From positions 256,001-320,000 of the forward strand of contig CBDDFZ010000001.1 of the NCBI GenBank assembly GCA_965227515.1: a stretch of DNA of 64,000 bases, in the 5' to 3' direction. The position numbers and the translations under genes are program-made. The stretch comes from Alphaproteobacteria bacterium. Lineage in GTDB: Bacteria > Pseudomonadota > Alphaproteobacteria > CALKHQ01. Of the stretch, positions 50,780 to 60,720 are shown piece by piece; position 1 is the stretch's first letter; each line of letters starts with the position of its first letter. Below the pieces are notes generated by a model. The model searched no databases. It was given only the letters and a program-made list of their open reading frames with translations, and was not told the DNA's origin.

Positions 50780-51487
50780 CTACATCTTCATATCGAACAG
50801 CAGGAACTCGGAATCCTCGTCCTCGCTGGCGATATCGAACGTCCCGGGCTCCTTGATCGCAGCGCCGTCGCCGTCGAACAGCGGCTCCCCGGCCACCGTC
50901 AGCGATCCGCGGATGAGCTGAATCCAGGCGCCACGTCCCGGCGCCAGCTCATGGGATACCCGGTCTCCCGGCCCCAGGATCGAGGCATAGAGCGCAACGT
51001 CGCGATGGATGGTGACCGAGCCGTCCCTGCCGTCATGCGAGCCGACCAGCCGCAGCCGGCCCCGCTTCTCGTCCTCCGCAACCGAGATCTGCTCATAGCC
51101 GGGAGCCAGGCCCTTGCGTTCCGGCAGGATCCAGATCTGCAGGAAATGCGCCTCGTCGATATCGGAAGCGTTGTACTCGCTGTGGCGGATGCCGGTGCCG
51201 GCCGACATGCGTTGCACATCGTCCGGGCGGATCACCGACCCATTGCCCTCGCTGTCCTGGTGGCGCAGCGCGCCATCGATCACGTAGGTGACGATCTCCA
51301 TATCGGCGTGAGGATGGGTGGGAAAGCCCTGCCCCGGCGAGACGCGGTCCTCGTTGATCACGCGCAACGGCCCGAAACCCATGTGGGCCGGGTCGTGATA
51401 GTGGCCGAAGGAAAACGTGTGCTTGGACGTCAGCCAGTCGAACCGGGCGGTGCCACGCGCATCGGCGTGCCTGAGTGTGAGGTCCAT
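50780..51487 (-). CDS. Pirin family protein (YhhW-like)
   Basis: HTFSF..Y.DP, LRVINED, HPH.DMEI, MSAGTGIRHSE, LQIW; true start MDLTLRH. Confidence 0.92.
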   Translation of the reverse strand: MDLTLRHADARGTARFDWLTSKHTFSFGHYHDPAHMGFGPLRVINEDRVSPGQGFPTHPHADMEIVTYVIDGALRHQDSEGNGSVIRPDDVQRMSAGTGIRHSEYNASDIDEAHFLQIWILPERKGLAPGYEQISVAEDEKRGRLRLVGSHDGRDGSVTIHRDVALYASILGPGDRVSHELAPGRGAWIQLIRGSLTVAGEPLFDGDGAAIKEPGTFDIASEDEDSEFLLFDMKM

Positions 51488-51590
51488 CGCGTTGTCTCCC
51501 GCATCCGGCGGCCACACGACGGCCGCGCCGGGCAGGAGATGTGATCGGCGCCGCGCCAAGTCAACGGGTGGGCGTGCGGGCCGGCGCCGA

Positions 51591-51777
51591 CTCAGCGCAA
51601 GCGAAAAACGAGCTAGTGTGGTGGTTTCGAAGTTCGCCATACAACTGCGGTGGTACTTGCGCGAACTTCGAAACCGAAAACCACACTAGAAACAATATGT
51701 TGCTAGTGTCCCAATCGAATCTGAAGTTCGATCGAGGCCAGCAGATACTGTTACGAACTTCAGGTTCGGGACACTAG
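51591..51777 (-). mobile_element. CTAG-punctuated MITE-like element, family A copy 2
   Basis: Inverted copy of 9360-9546; terminal CTAG supplies the stop codon of the diguanylate cyclase. Confidence 0.85.
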
Positions 51778-53585
51778 CCAGCTTCGCGCAGCAAGGGCGT
51801 AGGTGCCGGCCCCGGCGCCAGCGACACCCGGTTGCGGCCGCCGTTCTTGGCGGCATAGAGGGCCGCGTCCGCCTCGGCCAGCAACGCATCGAGATCGCGC
51901 TCGTCGTACGGACCCGCCACAACCAGGCCCAGCGAGGCGGTCACCACCCCGTCGGTGCCCTGCTCATGGGGAATGCCGCGCGCCTGCAGGCCGGTGCGAA
52001 TGCCCTCGGCCAGGCCCACCGCATCGGGCTGGGCGGACACCTTGAATGCGACCGCGAACTCCTCGCCGCCCAGGCGAACCGCCAGATCCTGCTCGCGCCG
52101 CAGGCTGGCGCGCAATGTCGCGCCCACCTCCACCAGCACAACGTCGCCGGCGGCGTGGCCATAGGTGTCGTTGTAGGCCTTGAAGTTGTCGACATCGATC
52201 GCCGCGATGGCAAACAGCGAACCTTCCGCGCGGGTTTGCGCCAGCAGCGCCGGCCCGTCCTGGTTGAACCGCCGCCGGTTGCCGAGCCCGGTCAACTCGT
52301 CGATCAGCGACAGGTCGCGGAACCGCTTGTGCGCGGAGATGTCCTGCCAGATGACCGTGTAGCCGACGGTCTCGTCCTTGCGGCGCAGCGGCGAGATGAC
52401 GGCCTGCGCCCAGAGGGTCTCGCCGTTGGCGCGCCGCAATTCGACCTCGTCGGACCACGGGTCGCTGCCGTCGCCGAGCCCGGACAACGCGCGATCGGCC
52501 CAGCCCGCGCCCTCCTCCGGCATCCGGGCAATGTCCGACAGGCGCGGACCCACGATGTCGGCCGCGTCGCAATCCACCGCCAGGCACAGGGCGTTGGTGG
52601 CTTCGGTCACCACGCCGTCCGCGTCCAGGCGCGCGCTCATCACATGCTCGTCGAGGCTTGCCACCGCGCCCTGCACATGGCCGACCCGGCGTACCATCCG
52701 GCACAGCAACAGCGCCGCGCCGACCAGCAACAACGCACCGCAGCCGATGCCGACCCACAGCCACGGCGAAACGAACACGCTCTCCTCGAAGGTCACGCGG
52801 AACCAGCGCCGCCAGATCTCGTCCTTCTGTGCCGGGCTGATGGCGGCGAATGCCTTGTCCAGGCTGCTGGCCAGTGCCGCGTCCTCGGCGCGCACGACCA
52901 TGACGACCTCGCCCAGAACCGGCAGTTCGCCATTGATCTTGATATTGGTGATCGCGGCCTGGGCCATGAAGTAGCTGACGATGGGCAGATCGGCGACGAA
53001 TGCATCCCACCGTCCGGTCGCAATTCCCGTCAGGGCCTCGTCGGGCGGCACGAATTGGCCATCCTCGCCAACGCCGTGGCGGCGCAGCTCCTCCAGGGCC
53101 GGGGGCGTTCCGACAATGTCGAGGCCGGCCAGATCGGCGAAGTCGCCCACAAACGGGGCATCGGCCGCGGTGACGACGACGGTCGGAAACGTCAAGTAGG
53201 CCCCGGTCGCGATGGCCCAGCCGTCGCTCAGCGCCTTGTTGTTGGTCATGGAGTGGGAGACCAGCGCGACGTCGCCATTCTCCAGCGCCTGCATGGTGCG
53301 GCGGTGGGAGCGATGGGTGCGCAGCACCAACTCGAACTCGACCCCCAGCATCTCGCTGGCGGCAGCCAGATAGTCGCCGGCAACGCCGCTCAGGTCGCCG
53401 CCTTCATCATCGAAGATGACGATCGGAGCAAAGAAATCGCTGGCAACGGGAATGACGGGATGATCGGACAACCAGGCGCGTTCCGCGTCGGTCAGGTCCA
53501 ATGTGTTCGCAGAGGCCGCCGGGACGCCCAACATCGCGACAGCCGCCAACAACGACGCACAGGCGCCGATGGTTTTTCGTGTCAT
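51774..53585 (-). CDS. Diguanylate cyclase with periplasmic solute-binding domain, TM and PAS
   Basis: Signal peptide, LTDAERAWL SBP start, TM, PAS, DELTGLGNRR, DVDNFK.YNDTYGH, R..D I-site and GGEEF. Confidence 0.92.
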   Translation of the reverse strand: MTRKTIGACASLLAAVAMLGVPAASANTLDLTDAERAWLSDHPVIPVASDFFAPIVIFDDEGGDLSGVAGDYLAAASEMLGVEFELVLRTHRSHRRTMQALENGDVALVSHSMTNNKALSDGWAIATGAYLTFPTVVVTAADAPFVGDFADLAGLDIVGTPPALEELRRHGVGEDGQFVPPDEALTGIATGRWDAFVADLPIVSYFMAQAAITNIKINGELPVLGEVVMVVRAEDAALASSLDKAFAAISPAQKDEIWRRWFRVTFEESVFVSPWLWVGIGCGALLLVGAALLLCRMVRRVGHVQGAVASLDEHVMSARLDADGVVTEATNALCLAVDCDAADIVGPRLSDIARMPEEGAGWADRALSGLGDGSDPWSDEVELRRANGETLWAQAVISPLRRKDETVGYTVIWQDISAHKRFRDLSLIDELTGLGNRRRFNQDGPALLAQTRAEGSLFAIAAIDVDNFKAYNDTYGHAAGDVVLVEVGATLRASLRREQDLAVRLGGEEFAVAFKVSAQPDAVGLAEGIRTGLQARGIPHEQGTDGVVTASLGLVVAGPYDERDLDALLAEADAALYAAKNGGRNRVSLAPGPAPTPLLREAG

Positions 53586-53775
53586 GCGCAAGGCCCGCAC
53601 CGTCTCCCACACATCCGGTTGAGCGTTTGGTATCGGCTTGAAACTTGTTCTCCAGGCATGCCGCCAAAATGGTTAAGAAATTGCTGACGACAGCGCCAAA
53701 CAGGCCCCGCGACGTTAAGAATTGCGCCGATGGGAAATGGATGCGTCCCGCGACCACCGCCCGGCTAGCGGACCG

Positions 53776-55113
53776 CTACACCCACGGGCAGTGGGTGGTG
53801 CCGGAACCGAAAGCGCGGCCCTCGGCGAACCGCGCCATGGCGAATGGCTCCAGGTCGGCGACATTGGCGCCGTTGACGATGTGGTCGGCCACCAGCTTGC
53901 CGACGCCGGTCATCTTGAATCCGTGGCCTGAGTCCGCGATCATGTAGACGTTGTCGCGCACCCAGTCGAACACCGGCACGTTGTCGGCGGTGAAGGCGCC
54001 GATGCCGCCGGACATCCGGTCCTTGAACTGGGGACGGATGCCCTTGAAGCGGTCCATGAACATGCCCATGCAGGCGGTGATGTAGTCCGGGAACTCGGCC
54101 CCCGGCTGGTACTCGGCATTGGCGTGGCCGTAGGGCTCGGTGTTGGCGTTCGGGCCGACCTCCACCGGCATCGCGCCGCCCTGAATGCCCGGCCGCTCCA
54201 TCCGCTCGGTGCCGTTCTTCCAGTAGATGTAGACGTTGTCCTTGATTTCGTCGCCCGAGGTCGGGTCGACGACCGGCGTGTTCATCAGCTCGATATGCAG
54301 CACCGGCGGATTGAGGCCGCGCGCGGTGGCATAAGGGCCGTCATAGTAGATCTCGCCCTCCTCCAGCCGCCAATAGGTCCAGGCGTCCTTGCCCGCGACA
54401 TGGCTGCCGTCGCGGTAGCCGACATCCATCGTCATCGGCAGGCCGAGCTTCTCCCAGTGCAGCGGCGTCCACGGCCCCAGCCCCAGCACCACCGCGTCGC
54501 ACGCGATCCGCCCCTTGTTGGTGACGACGGCGGAGACCCGGTTGTTGGCGAGGTCGTACTCCTCCACCTCGACGCCGGAGAAGATGCGCACGCCGTGGCG
54601 TTCGCACAGCTCGGTCAGCCCCTTCACCATCTGGGCGGTGCCGGCATATCCCGACAGCCGCTCGTGGATCACCACGTCGATGGAGTGGTGGTTGAAATCG
54701 GGCCACAGGCTCGACAGGTGGTCGCGCGCCTCCTTGCCGACGTAGAGGTCGGATGTATAGCCCGCCGCCTGCTGGCTGGCGTGCATGCGCTCGTAATCGC
54801 CGATCTGGTTCGACTCGCCGCAGGAGACATAGCCCACCTGCTGGAAGCCCAGGCGCACCGGGTCGTAGTTCCACACGTCGACCGAATGCTTGATGATCGG
54901 GTGCAGTGCCTCGGTCATGTAGAAGCCGCGCACGCAGCCGCAGGCCACCCCGGTGGACCCGGCCCCCGGCGCCGACTTGTCGAGCACGATGACGTCGGCG
55001 CCCGAGCCGCCGCGCTTCTCCAGCGCCATGGCCATGTGCCACGCCGTCGACAGGCCATGGACTCCGGCGCCGACGATGGCGTAGCGGACGGACGACGGCA
55101 GGCTATCGGTCAT
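53776..55113 (-). CDS. FAD-dependent oxidoreductase, sarcosine oxidase beta/MgdA-like
   Basis: VGAGVHGLSTAWH, GAGSTGVACG.VR, DSGHGFKM.GVG. Confidence 0.8.
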   Translation of the reverse strand: MTDSLPSSVRYAIVGAGVHGLSTAWHMAMALEKRGGSGADVIVLDKSAPGAGSTGVACGCVRGFYMTEALHPIIKHSVDVWNYDPVRLGFQQVGYVSCGESNQIGDYERMHASQQAAGYTSDLYVGKEARDHLSSLWPDFNHHSIDVVIHERLSGYAGTAQMVKGLTELCERHGVRIFSGVEVEEYDLANNRVSAVVTNKGRIACDAVVLGLGPWTPLHWEKLGLPMTMDVGYRDGSHVAGKDAWTYWRLEEGEIYYDGPYATARGLNPPVLHIELMNTPVVDPTSGDEIKDNVYIYWKNGTERMERPGIQGGAMPVEVGPNANTEPYGHANAEYQPGAEFPDYITACMGMFMDRFKGIRPQFKDRMSGGIGAFTADNVPVFDWVRDNVYMIADSGHGFKMTGVGKLVADHIVNGANVADLEPFAMARFAEGRAFGSGTTHCPWV

Positions 55114-55167
55114 GTCTATGCTCCGGCCGGCGTTGTAGGGGCCGGCATTGCTATGGGATCGCTGGCT

Positions 55168-56235
55168 CTAGAGTTTGCCCGTAAACGACTGGTTGTGGGC
55201 GCGCAAGGTCGCATCGCTGCCGAACGCGAAGTGCTTCGACATATCGACCGAGAACTGGCTGGCGACCGTGGTGCGGCCCAGCGCCTCGGCCATCTGGCGG
55301 GTGTGGTGCGGGCCGTTGCCGCAGCAGATACCGAGATAATTGATGCCGGCGGCATAGGCCGCCTTGGCGAATTCCCCGATCTCGTAGCGATTGCAGGTGA
55401 ACGGGTCGAGCGCGACCGGGAACGGGCGGTCGTCCGGAATGCAGTGGCAGCCCGGGTCGCGCAGCGACTGGAAGGTCGGCTCGGCCTCGTGAGTGCGATA
55501 GGGCACCGGCAACGCCGCCACATGGCAGCTCACCGCCTGACGCACCGCCAACGCGTGGGGCAGCATGGTGTCCGGCCCGCGATGGCAGTTGACGCCGACC
55601 ACGTCCGCGCCGGCGTCCTGCAGCTTCAGGCATGCCGTCGCCGGGTCGTCGCCATCGCGCATCACCCCTTCGCGGTGGACGGACATGGTAACCACCGACG
55701 GCACCTGGGCTGTCAGCATGACTTCCAGCGCGATCAGGGCCTCCTCAAGGTAGGAGAAGGTCTCGCCGACGATGAGGTCGACCCCGGCCTCGACCGCCCA
55801 GCCGACCTGCTCCTCGAAGATGTCGCGGACCACGCGCCGGGTGCCGTCGTCGGCCGGATCGAACACGTTGGTGTTGCAGATGTTGCCGGCGACCAGCGGG
55901 GCTTCCCCGGCAAACTCGTCGGCGACCTCCTTGGCGATGGCCAGCGCCTGCCGGTTCAGCGGCTCCAGCAGGTCTTCCTTGCCGATCAGCCGCAGCTTCT
56001 CGCGGTGGCCGTAATAGGTGAATGCCTCAACGATGTCCGACCCGGCGCGCACGAACTCGCGGTGCAGTTGCTTCACCGCTTCCGGGTCGGTCAGCACCAC
56101 CTCCGGCACGAACGGTCCGGCCTGCACATAGCCGCGGCGCTCCAACTCGAACAGATAGCCCTCGGCGCAGATCACCGGCCCGTCATTCAGCCGCTCCATC
56201 AGGCCGCGTTTGACGACTTCGACAGATACACTCAT
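55168..56235 (-). CDS. Homocysteine S-methyltransferase (BHMT-like)
   Basis: AEGYLFELERRGY..AG.F.PE, GVNC and GICCG zinc ligands, PYRT. Confidence 0.88.
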   Translation of the reverse strand: MSVSVEVVKRGLMERLNDGPVICAEGYLFELERRGYVQAGPFVPEVVLTDPEAVKQLHREFVRAGSDIVEAFTYYGHREKLRLIGKEDLLEPLNRQALAIAKEVADEFAGEAPLVAGNICNTNVFDPADDGTRRVVRDIFEEQVGWAVEAGVDLIVGETFSYLEEALIALEVMLTAQVPSVVTMSVHREGVMRDGDDPATACLKLQDAGADVVGVNCHRGPDTMLPHALAVRQAVSCHVAALPVPYRTHEAEPTFQSLRDPGCHCIPDDRPFPVALDPFTCNRYEIGEFAKAAYAAGINYLGICCGNGPHHTRQMAEALGRTTVASQFSVDMSKHFAFGSDATLRAHNQSFTGKL

Positions 56236-56430
56236 GGTCTGGCCCCCAAGCGCAAGGCGCCGCCCGATCACACTTGCGGCGCACGAATTCTGGGGCGGGG
56301 CGTTACCACCTATCGCTTTGGCGCAACAACATAAATCAAGTATCCGACAGGAAAATTCTCACCCGAATGCAACTATGTGTCGGTTTGGGACTATGATCGG
56401 TCGCAAGCGGCAAAGTGGGTGGAGGCGAGA

Positions 56431-57759
56431 ATGACGCCAAGCAACGGCACAGGCGACGATCTGCCAGGCGACAATCTGCCAGGCGACGATCTGAACGACC
56501 TGCTCGGCGCGATGGTCGAGGCGACCGATGCGCGGAAGGCCGCGCCCGCGGCACCGTCCCTGCACGACGTGGTGCGCGCCCTCAACAGCCTGCGCACGGG
56601 CCTGCCCGGTGCGGCGCCGACCGTGGCGCGCGGCCTGGTGGAAGAGGCGCTGGGCGCGGTGGAGCGGGTCTGCGACACCCAAGTCGCCCAGGTGACCGGC
56701 GATATCAGGTTTCGCGATCTGGCCGGGCGTTGGCGCGCGTTGGCGGCAATGGTGGATTGCGCCGGCGACGGCGGCCCGGCGAAGGTGCAAGTGCTGTCGG
56801 CGACGGCGGCGGAATGGCGCCACGACGCGACCGCCGGCGAGTTCGACGACACCGCCCTGTTCGCCCGCCTCTACATCGACCCCTACATGGCCGACGCCGA
56901 CCCGTTGTCGGTGCTGGTGATCGACGAGACGTTCGGCCAGCGCCCCGACGAGATCGCGGTGCTGTCGGCCGCCATGCAGTCGGCGGCGACCGCCCACACG
57001 GTCGTGCTGGCAACGGCCGACCCGGCCTTTTTCGGCGCCAACGACCTGTCCAGCCTCACCGGCGGCGGGCGCATCGGGCAGGTGCTGGCGGGGCCGCAAG
57101 CGATCGCCTGGCGCGGCCTGCGCGAGGCGCCGGAGGCGGGGCATCTGGGCCTGGTCGCCAGCGGCGCCACACTTGCGGATGGCACCGAGATCACCGGCGC
57201 GATGGCGGCCGGCATCGCCATTGCCGCCGGCGTAGCGGCCACCGGCTGGCCGGCCTATGCCTGGCCGGAGGCGGACGCGCCGGGTGCGTCGCTGGTGGTC
57301 GACCTCGACGACCGCGATGCCGGCGACCTCGCCGAGCACGGCATCATCCCGCTGGCCGACGGGGCAACGGGCGGGGTCGCCCCCGGTGCCCTGCCGTCGG
57401 CGATGAAGCCGACCCACTACCGCGACGCCCAGGCCAACGTGCTGGCACGGGCCATGGCCCAGCTCGCCTACACCATGGCGATTTCGCGCTATGCCCAGGC
57501 GATCAAGCTGATGGCGCGCGACGGCACGCTGGCCGGCGATGCGATGACGATGAGTGCCGCGGCCGGCGCCTGGCTCACCGGCTACGTGGCGGAAAGCCCC
57601 GAAGCCGAGCACCCGCTGACCGAAGGCTCGGTCAGCATCGTTGCCGTGCCCGACGCGCCCGGCGCCTTCGATGCCGAGATCGCGCTCAAGCCCGGGCTTG
57701 GGTTCGGCCGCCAGACCGCGACTTGCCAGCTCACCTTGCCGCTGCCGGACCCGGTTTGA
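56431..57759 (+). CDS. tssC: Divergent orphan type VI secretion sheath large subunit (TssC/VipB)
   Basis: Collinear TssC-like blocks: FRDL...WRAL, EFDDTALF..LY, AA.AH....A.P.FFG, WRGLRE, KP..Y.D..AN..AR...QL.Y....SRYA, WL..YV, PL....V.....P..PG.F.A...LKP. Confidence 0.7.
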   Translation: MTPSNGTGDDLPGDNLPGDDLNDLLGAMVEATDARKAAPAAPSLHDVVRALNSLRTGLPGAAPTVARGLVEEALGAVERVCDTQVAQVTGDIRFRDLAGRWRALAAMVDCAGDGGPAKVQVLSATAAEWRHDATAGEFDDTALFARLYIDPYMADADPLSVLVIDETFGQRPDEIAVLSAAMQSAATAHTVVLATADPAFFGANDLSSLTGGGRIGQVLAGPQAIAWRGLREAPEAGHLGLVASGATLADGTEITGAMAAGIAIAAGVAATGWPAYAWPEADAPGASLVVDLDDRDAGDLAEHGIIPLADGATGGVAPGALPSAMKPTHYRDAQANVLARAMAQLAYTMAISRYAQAIKLMARDGTLAGDAMTMSAAAGAWLTGYVAESPEAEHPLTEGSVSIVAVPDAPGAFDAEIALKPGLGFGRQTATCQLTLPLPDPV

Positions 57760-57806
57760 GGGTTGCCGTAGCGAGTGGCATTAATGCCGGCTAATCTCCG
57801 CCGGCC

Positions 57807-58817
57807 ATGAATTCGTTCACCTACATCGCCCGGCGGCTGGCCCTGGCGGTGCCCACGTTGCTGGGCGTCGCCATCATCACCTTCATCGTGCTGCGCGTGG
57901 TGCCCGGCAACCCGATCGCGATGATGATCCCGCCCGGCGCCACCGAGGCCGACATCGCCCGGCTTGAAGCGCTCTACGGCTTCGACCGGTCGATCTTCGC
58001 CCAGTTCGGCATCTGGATCGCCGATGCGGTGCAGGGCGACTTCGGCACCTCCATCAGCCTGCGCGCCGATGTGATGGACCTGGTGCTGCACGCGCTGCCG
58101 GCGACGCTGGAGCTGTGCCTGCTGGCGATCCTGATCGCGATGGGGCTGGGCGGCGGGCTGGCCGTGGTCGGCGCGCGCTTCGGCGGCTGGGCGGAAGCCG
58201 TCATCGACGGCGTTGTCGCGTTCGTGCAGTCGATCCCCGATTTCCTGTGGGGCCTGCTGCTGATCCTGCTGTTCGGCGTGCTGTTCTTCGACATGCCGAT
58301 CTCGATGCGCCACGACCCGCGCGCCGCCATCGACACCGCGACCCAGTTCTACTTGCTCGAGAGTATCGTCACCGGCCGCTTCGCGCTGACCGGCGACCTG
58401 CTGCGCCATCTGATCATGCCGGCCGCCGCACTGGCATTGCCGCTGGCGGCGGTGATCGCGCGCGTCCTGAAGTCGTCGCTGAAAGAGGCGCTGACCCAGG
58501 ACTACGTGATGCTGGCGCGGGTGAAGGGCCATGGCCGCTGGGCGGTCGTGATCGGCCAGGCGCTGCGCAACGCGGCGATCCCCACCGTCACCCTGACCGG
58601 GGTGCAGTTCACCTTCCTGGTCGGCGGCACCGTGCTGATCGAGAAGATCTTCTCCTATCCCGGCATCGGCGGCATGGCCATCGACGCCGTGATCAACCGC
58701 GACCTGCCGCTGATCCAGGGCCTGGTGCTGATGTTCGCGGTGCTGTTCATTGCGGTCAATCTTGCCATCGACCTCACCTACGCCGTGCTGAACCCGAGGC
58801 TGCGCCATGCGCAGTGA
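57807..58817 (+). CDS. Peptide/nickel ABC transporter permease (DppB-like)
   Basis: PGNP, GDFGTS, LPATLEL, DYV..AR.KG, LRNA, RDLPLIQG. Confidence 0.93.
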   Translation: MNSFTYIARRLALAVPTLLGVAIITFIVLRVVPGNPIAMMIPPGATEADIARLEALYGFDRSIFAQFGIWIADAVQGDFGTSISLRADVMDLVLHALPATLELCLLAILIAMGLGGGLAVVGARFGGWAEAVIDGVVAFVQSIPDFLWGLLLILLFGVLFFDMPISMRHDPRAAIDTATQFYLLESIVTGRFALTGDLLRHLIMPAAALALPLAAVIARVLKSSLKEALTQDYVMLARVKGHGRWAVVIGQALRNAAIPTVTLTGVQFTFLVGGTVLIEKIFSYPGIGGMAIDAVINRDLPLIQGLVLMFAVLFIAVNLAIDLTYAVLNPRLRHAQ

Positions 58818-59700
58818 GGCCACTGCTATTGCACCGGTGCGGCTGCCGCCCAGACGCGGGGCGCTGGCCGCCGCGCTGACCAACCCGCGGGTGCTGATCG
58901 GCGGCACCATCATGCTGGCGCTGGCCGTGGTCGCCATCGCGGCACCCTGGCTGGCGCCGCGCGACCCGCTGGAGCAGGACTTCATCTCGTTCTTCGCCGC
59001 CCCGTTCTGGATGGACGGCGCCTACCCGGAGTTCATCCTCGGGACCGACAGCCTGAGCCGCGACATCCTCTCCCGCCTGATCCACGGCACCCGGGTGGCG
59101 CTGACCGTCGCGGTGATCGCGGCGACGCTGGCCTGCCTTCTTGGCACCGTCCTCGGCATGCTGGCCGGCTATTTCGGCGGCAAGGTCGACATGGCGATCT
59201 CCCGCCTGGTCGACATCTGGATGGCGTTCCCGCCGGTGCTGCTGTCGGTGGTGCTGGTGGCGGTGATCGGCGCCGGCCTGAACGCGGTGATCATCGCCAT
59301 CGTGGTGGTGGACTGGACCCGGTTCTGCCGCGTGGTGCGCGCCGAGGTGATGGTGCAGCGCGCCCAGGACTACGTGACGTCGGCGCGGACCATCGGGCTC
59401 GGCGGCTGGCGCGTCCTGGTCGGCGAGATCCTGCCCAATGTGGCGCCGCTGCTGATCGTGCTGCTGACCCTGGAGATGGGCATCGCCGTGGTGGTGGAGG
59501 CGATCCTCAGCTTCGTCGGCCTTTCCGTCGCCTCCGACGATCCGACCTGGGGCGGGATGATCGCGGAGGGGCGCACCAACATCAACCACGCCTGGTGGCT
59601 GATGGCGTTCCCGATGGCCTGCATCGCGGTGACCGTGATCGCGCTCAACTTGCTGGGCGACGGGCTGCGCCACGCCCTGGATCCCGTACTGCGGCGGTGA
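58807..59700 (+). CDS. Peptide/nickel ABC transporter permease (DppC-like)
   Basis: LGTD...RDI.SR, EA.LSFVGL, P.WG.MI.EG, NLLGDGLR. Confidence 0.93.
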   Translation: MRSEATAIAPVRLPPRRGALAAALTNPRVLIGGTIMLALAVVAIAAPWLAPRDPLEQDFISFFAAPFWMDGAYPEFILGTDSLSRDILSRLIHGTRVALTVAVIAATLACLLGTVLGMLAGYFGGKVDMAISRLVDIWMAFPPVLLSVVLVAVIGAGLNAVIIAIVVVDWTRFCRVVRAEVMVQRAQDYVTSARTIGLGGWRVLVGEILPNVAPLLIVLLTLEMGIAVVVEAILSFVGLSVASDDPTWGGMIAEGRTNINHAWWLMAFPMACIAVTVIALNLLGDGLRHALDPVLRR

Positions 59701-59726
59701 CACCCAACCGATAGCCATACCACCAA

Positions 59727-59876
59727 CGTCATGCCCGGGCCGGTCCCCGTCCGTATGGAAGGGGACCGAGTCCCGGGTATCCACGTCTTCTGCGCGCGAC
59801 AACTGAAGACGTGGATGCGCCCTCGGGCTCGGCCGTAGGCCGACCCAAGGACAGGCTCCTCAAGTCCGCGCATGAC
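59727..59876. repeat. CGTC-type REP doublet with extra hairpins inserted in both arms
   Basis: CGTCATGCCCGGG...CCCGGGTATCCACGTCTTC...GAAGACGTGGATGCG...CGCGCATGAC. Confidence 0.75.
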
Positions 59877-60003
59877 AACGAGGGCAGATCACGCAGGTGC
59901 CGAGTTGCTGCGGGCGACACGCAATGGCGGCCAGGGCTCCCGCACCCGCAATCCGTGAAGTGCTGCCATGCACAAAGCGCAATTGACTCGCGCGGCCTTC
60001 TCC

Positions 60004-60017
60004 ATCAACTGATTGAT
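60004..60017. promoter_or_regulatory. Candidate TetR autoregulatory operator
   Basis: ATCAA-ctga-TTGAT palindrome about 40 bp upstream of the TetR start. Confidence 0.4.
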
Positions 60018-60054
60018 TTGTTGCGACCGCCTCCATGACGGAGGCGAGGAGGAC

Positions 60055-60720
60055 ATGATGGAACACATCGAAACCGTGGACGATGCCACGGCGGCCGAAG
60101 CCGCGCCGCCCACGCGCTCCAGCAGCGCGCGCAGGCGCAGCGACATCGCCGCCGCCGCCCGTGCTTTGATCGTCGAGCGTGGGTTCGAGGGCCTGCGCAC
60201 CCGCGCCATCGCCGACCGGGTCGGCATCAATGTCGCCACCCTGCACTACCACGTGCCGACCAAGCAGGCGCTGGTCGAACTGGTGGCGCAATCCCTGCGC
60301 GACGAGTTCGCCGCCCAGCACGCCGCGCGCCCGCACGAGGGGCTGTCGCCGCTGGAGCGGCTGACCACCAAGCTCGGCAATTACGAGGAAATCCTGTTCG
60401 AGAAGCCCGACGTCATCCAGGTGTTCGCCGAGCTCGGCTCGCGCGAACGGCGGGACGAGGCCGTGCACGCGGTGATGGAGCGGATGCGCACCCAGTGGCG
60501 GCATCACTTCGCCGATATCCTGCGCGACGGGCGCGCCACTGGCGATTTCCGGCCCGACCTGGACCCGGACAATGCGGCCCTGATGATTATTTCCGCCCTG
60601 GTCGGCGTGCGCAGCCATGGCAAGCAGACCCGCGACGAGTTCCACGCCTTCCTCGACGAGATCGTCCGCGCGGTCGTCAGCCCGGCGGCGGCCACTACCC
60701 TGAACGGGTCCGCGGCCTAG
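60055..60720 (+). CDS. TetR/AcrR family regulator
   Basis: RGFEGLRTRAIADRVGINVATLHYHVPTK HTH. Confidence 0.92.
   Translation: MMEHIETVDDATAAEAAPPTRSSSARRRSDIAAAARALIVERGFEGLRTRAIADRVGINVATLHYHVPTKQALVELVAQSLRDEFAAQHAARPHEGLSPLERLTTKLGNYEEILFEKPDVIQVFAELGSRERRDEAVHAVMERMRTQWRHHFADILRDGRATGDFRPDLDPDNAALMIISALVGVRSHGKQTRDEFHAFLDEIVRAVVSPAAATTLNGSAA

Noticed and set aside
9360-51777. 42-kb invertible segment or composite transposon bounded by inverted family A repeats
   Set aside because: Inverting the segment does not restore purS-purQ or give the stranded operator a target. The interior holds core genes and no recombinase or transposase is present. Independent MITE insertions explain it more simply.
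53670-53725. CtrA sites upstream of the diguanylate cyclase
   Set aside because: Only two GTTAAGAA(A)TTGC half-site-like repeats, with no full TTAA-N7-TTAA; too weak to call.
56236-56430. SAM riboswitch upstream of the homocysteine methyltransferase
   Set aside because: No SAM-II or SAM-SAH consensus could be recognised on the minus strand.
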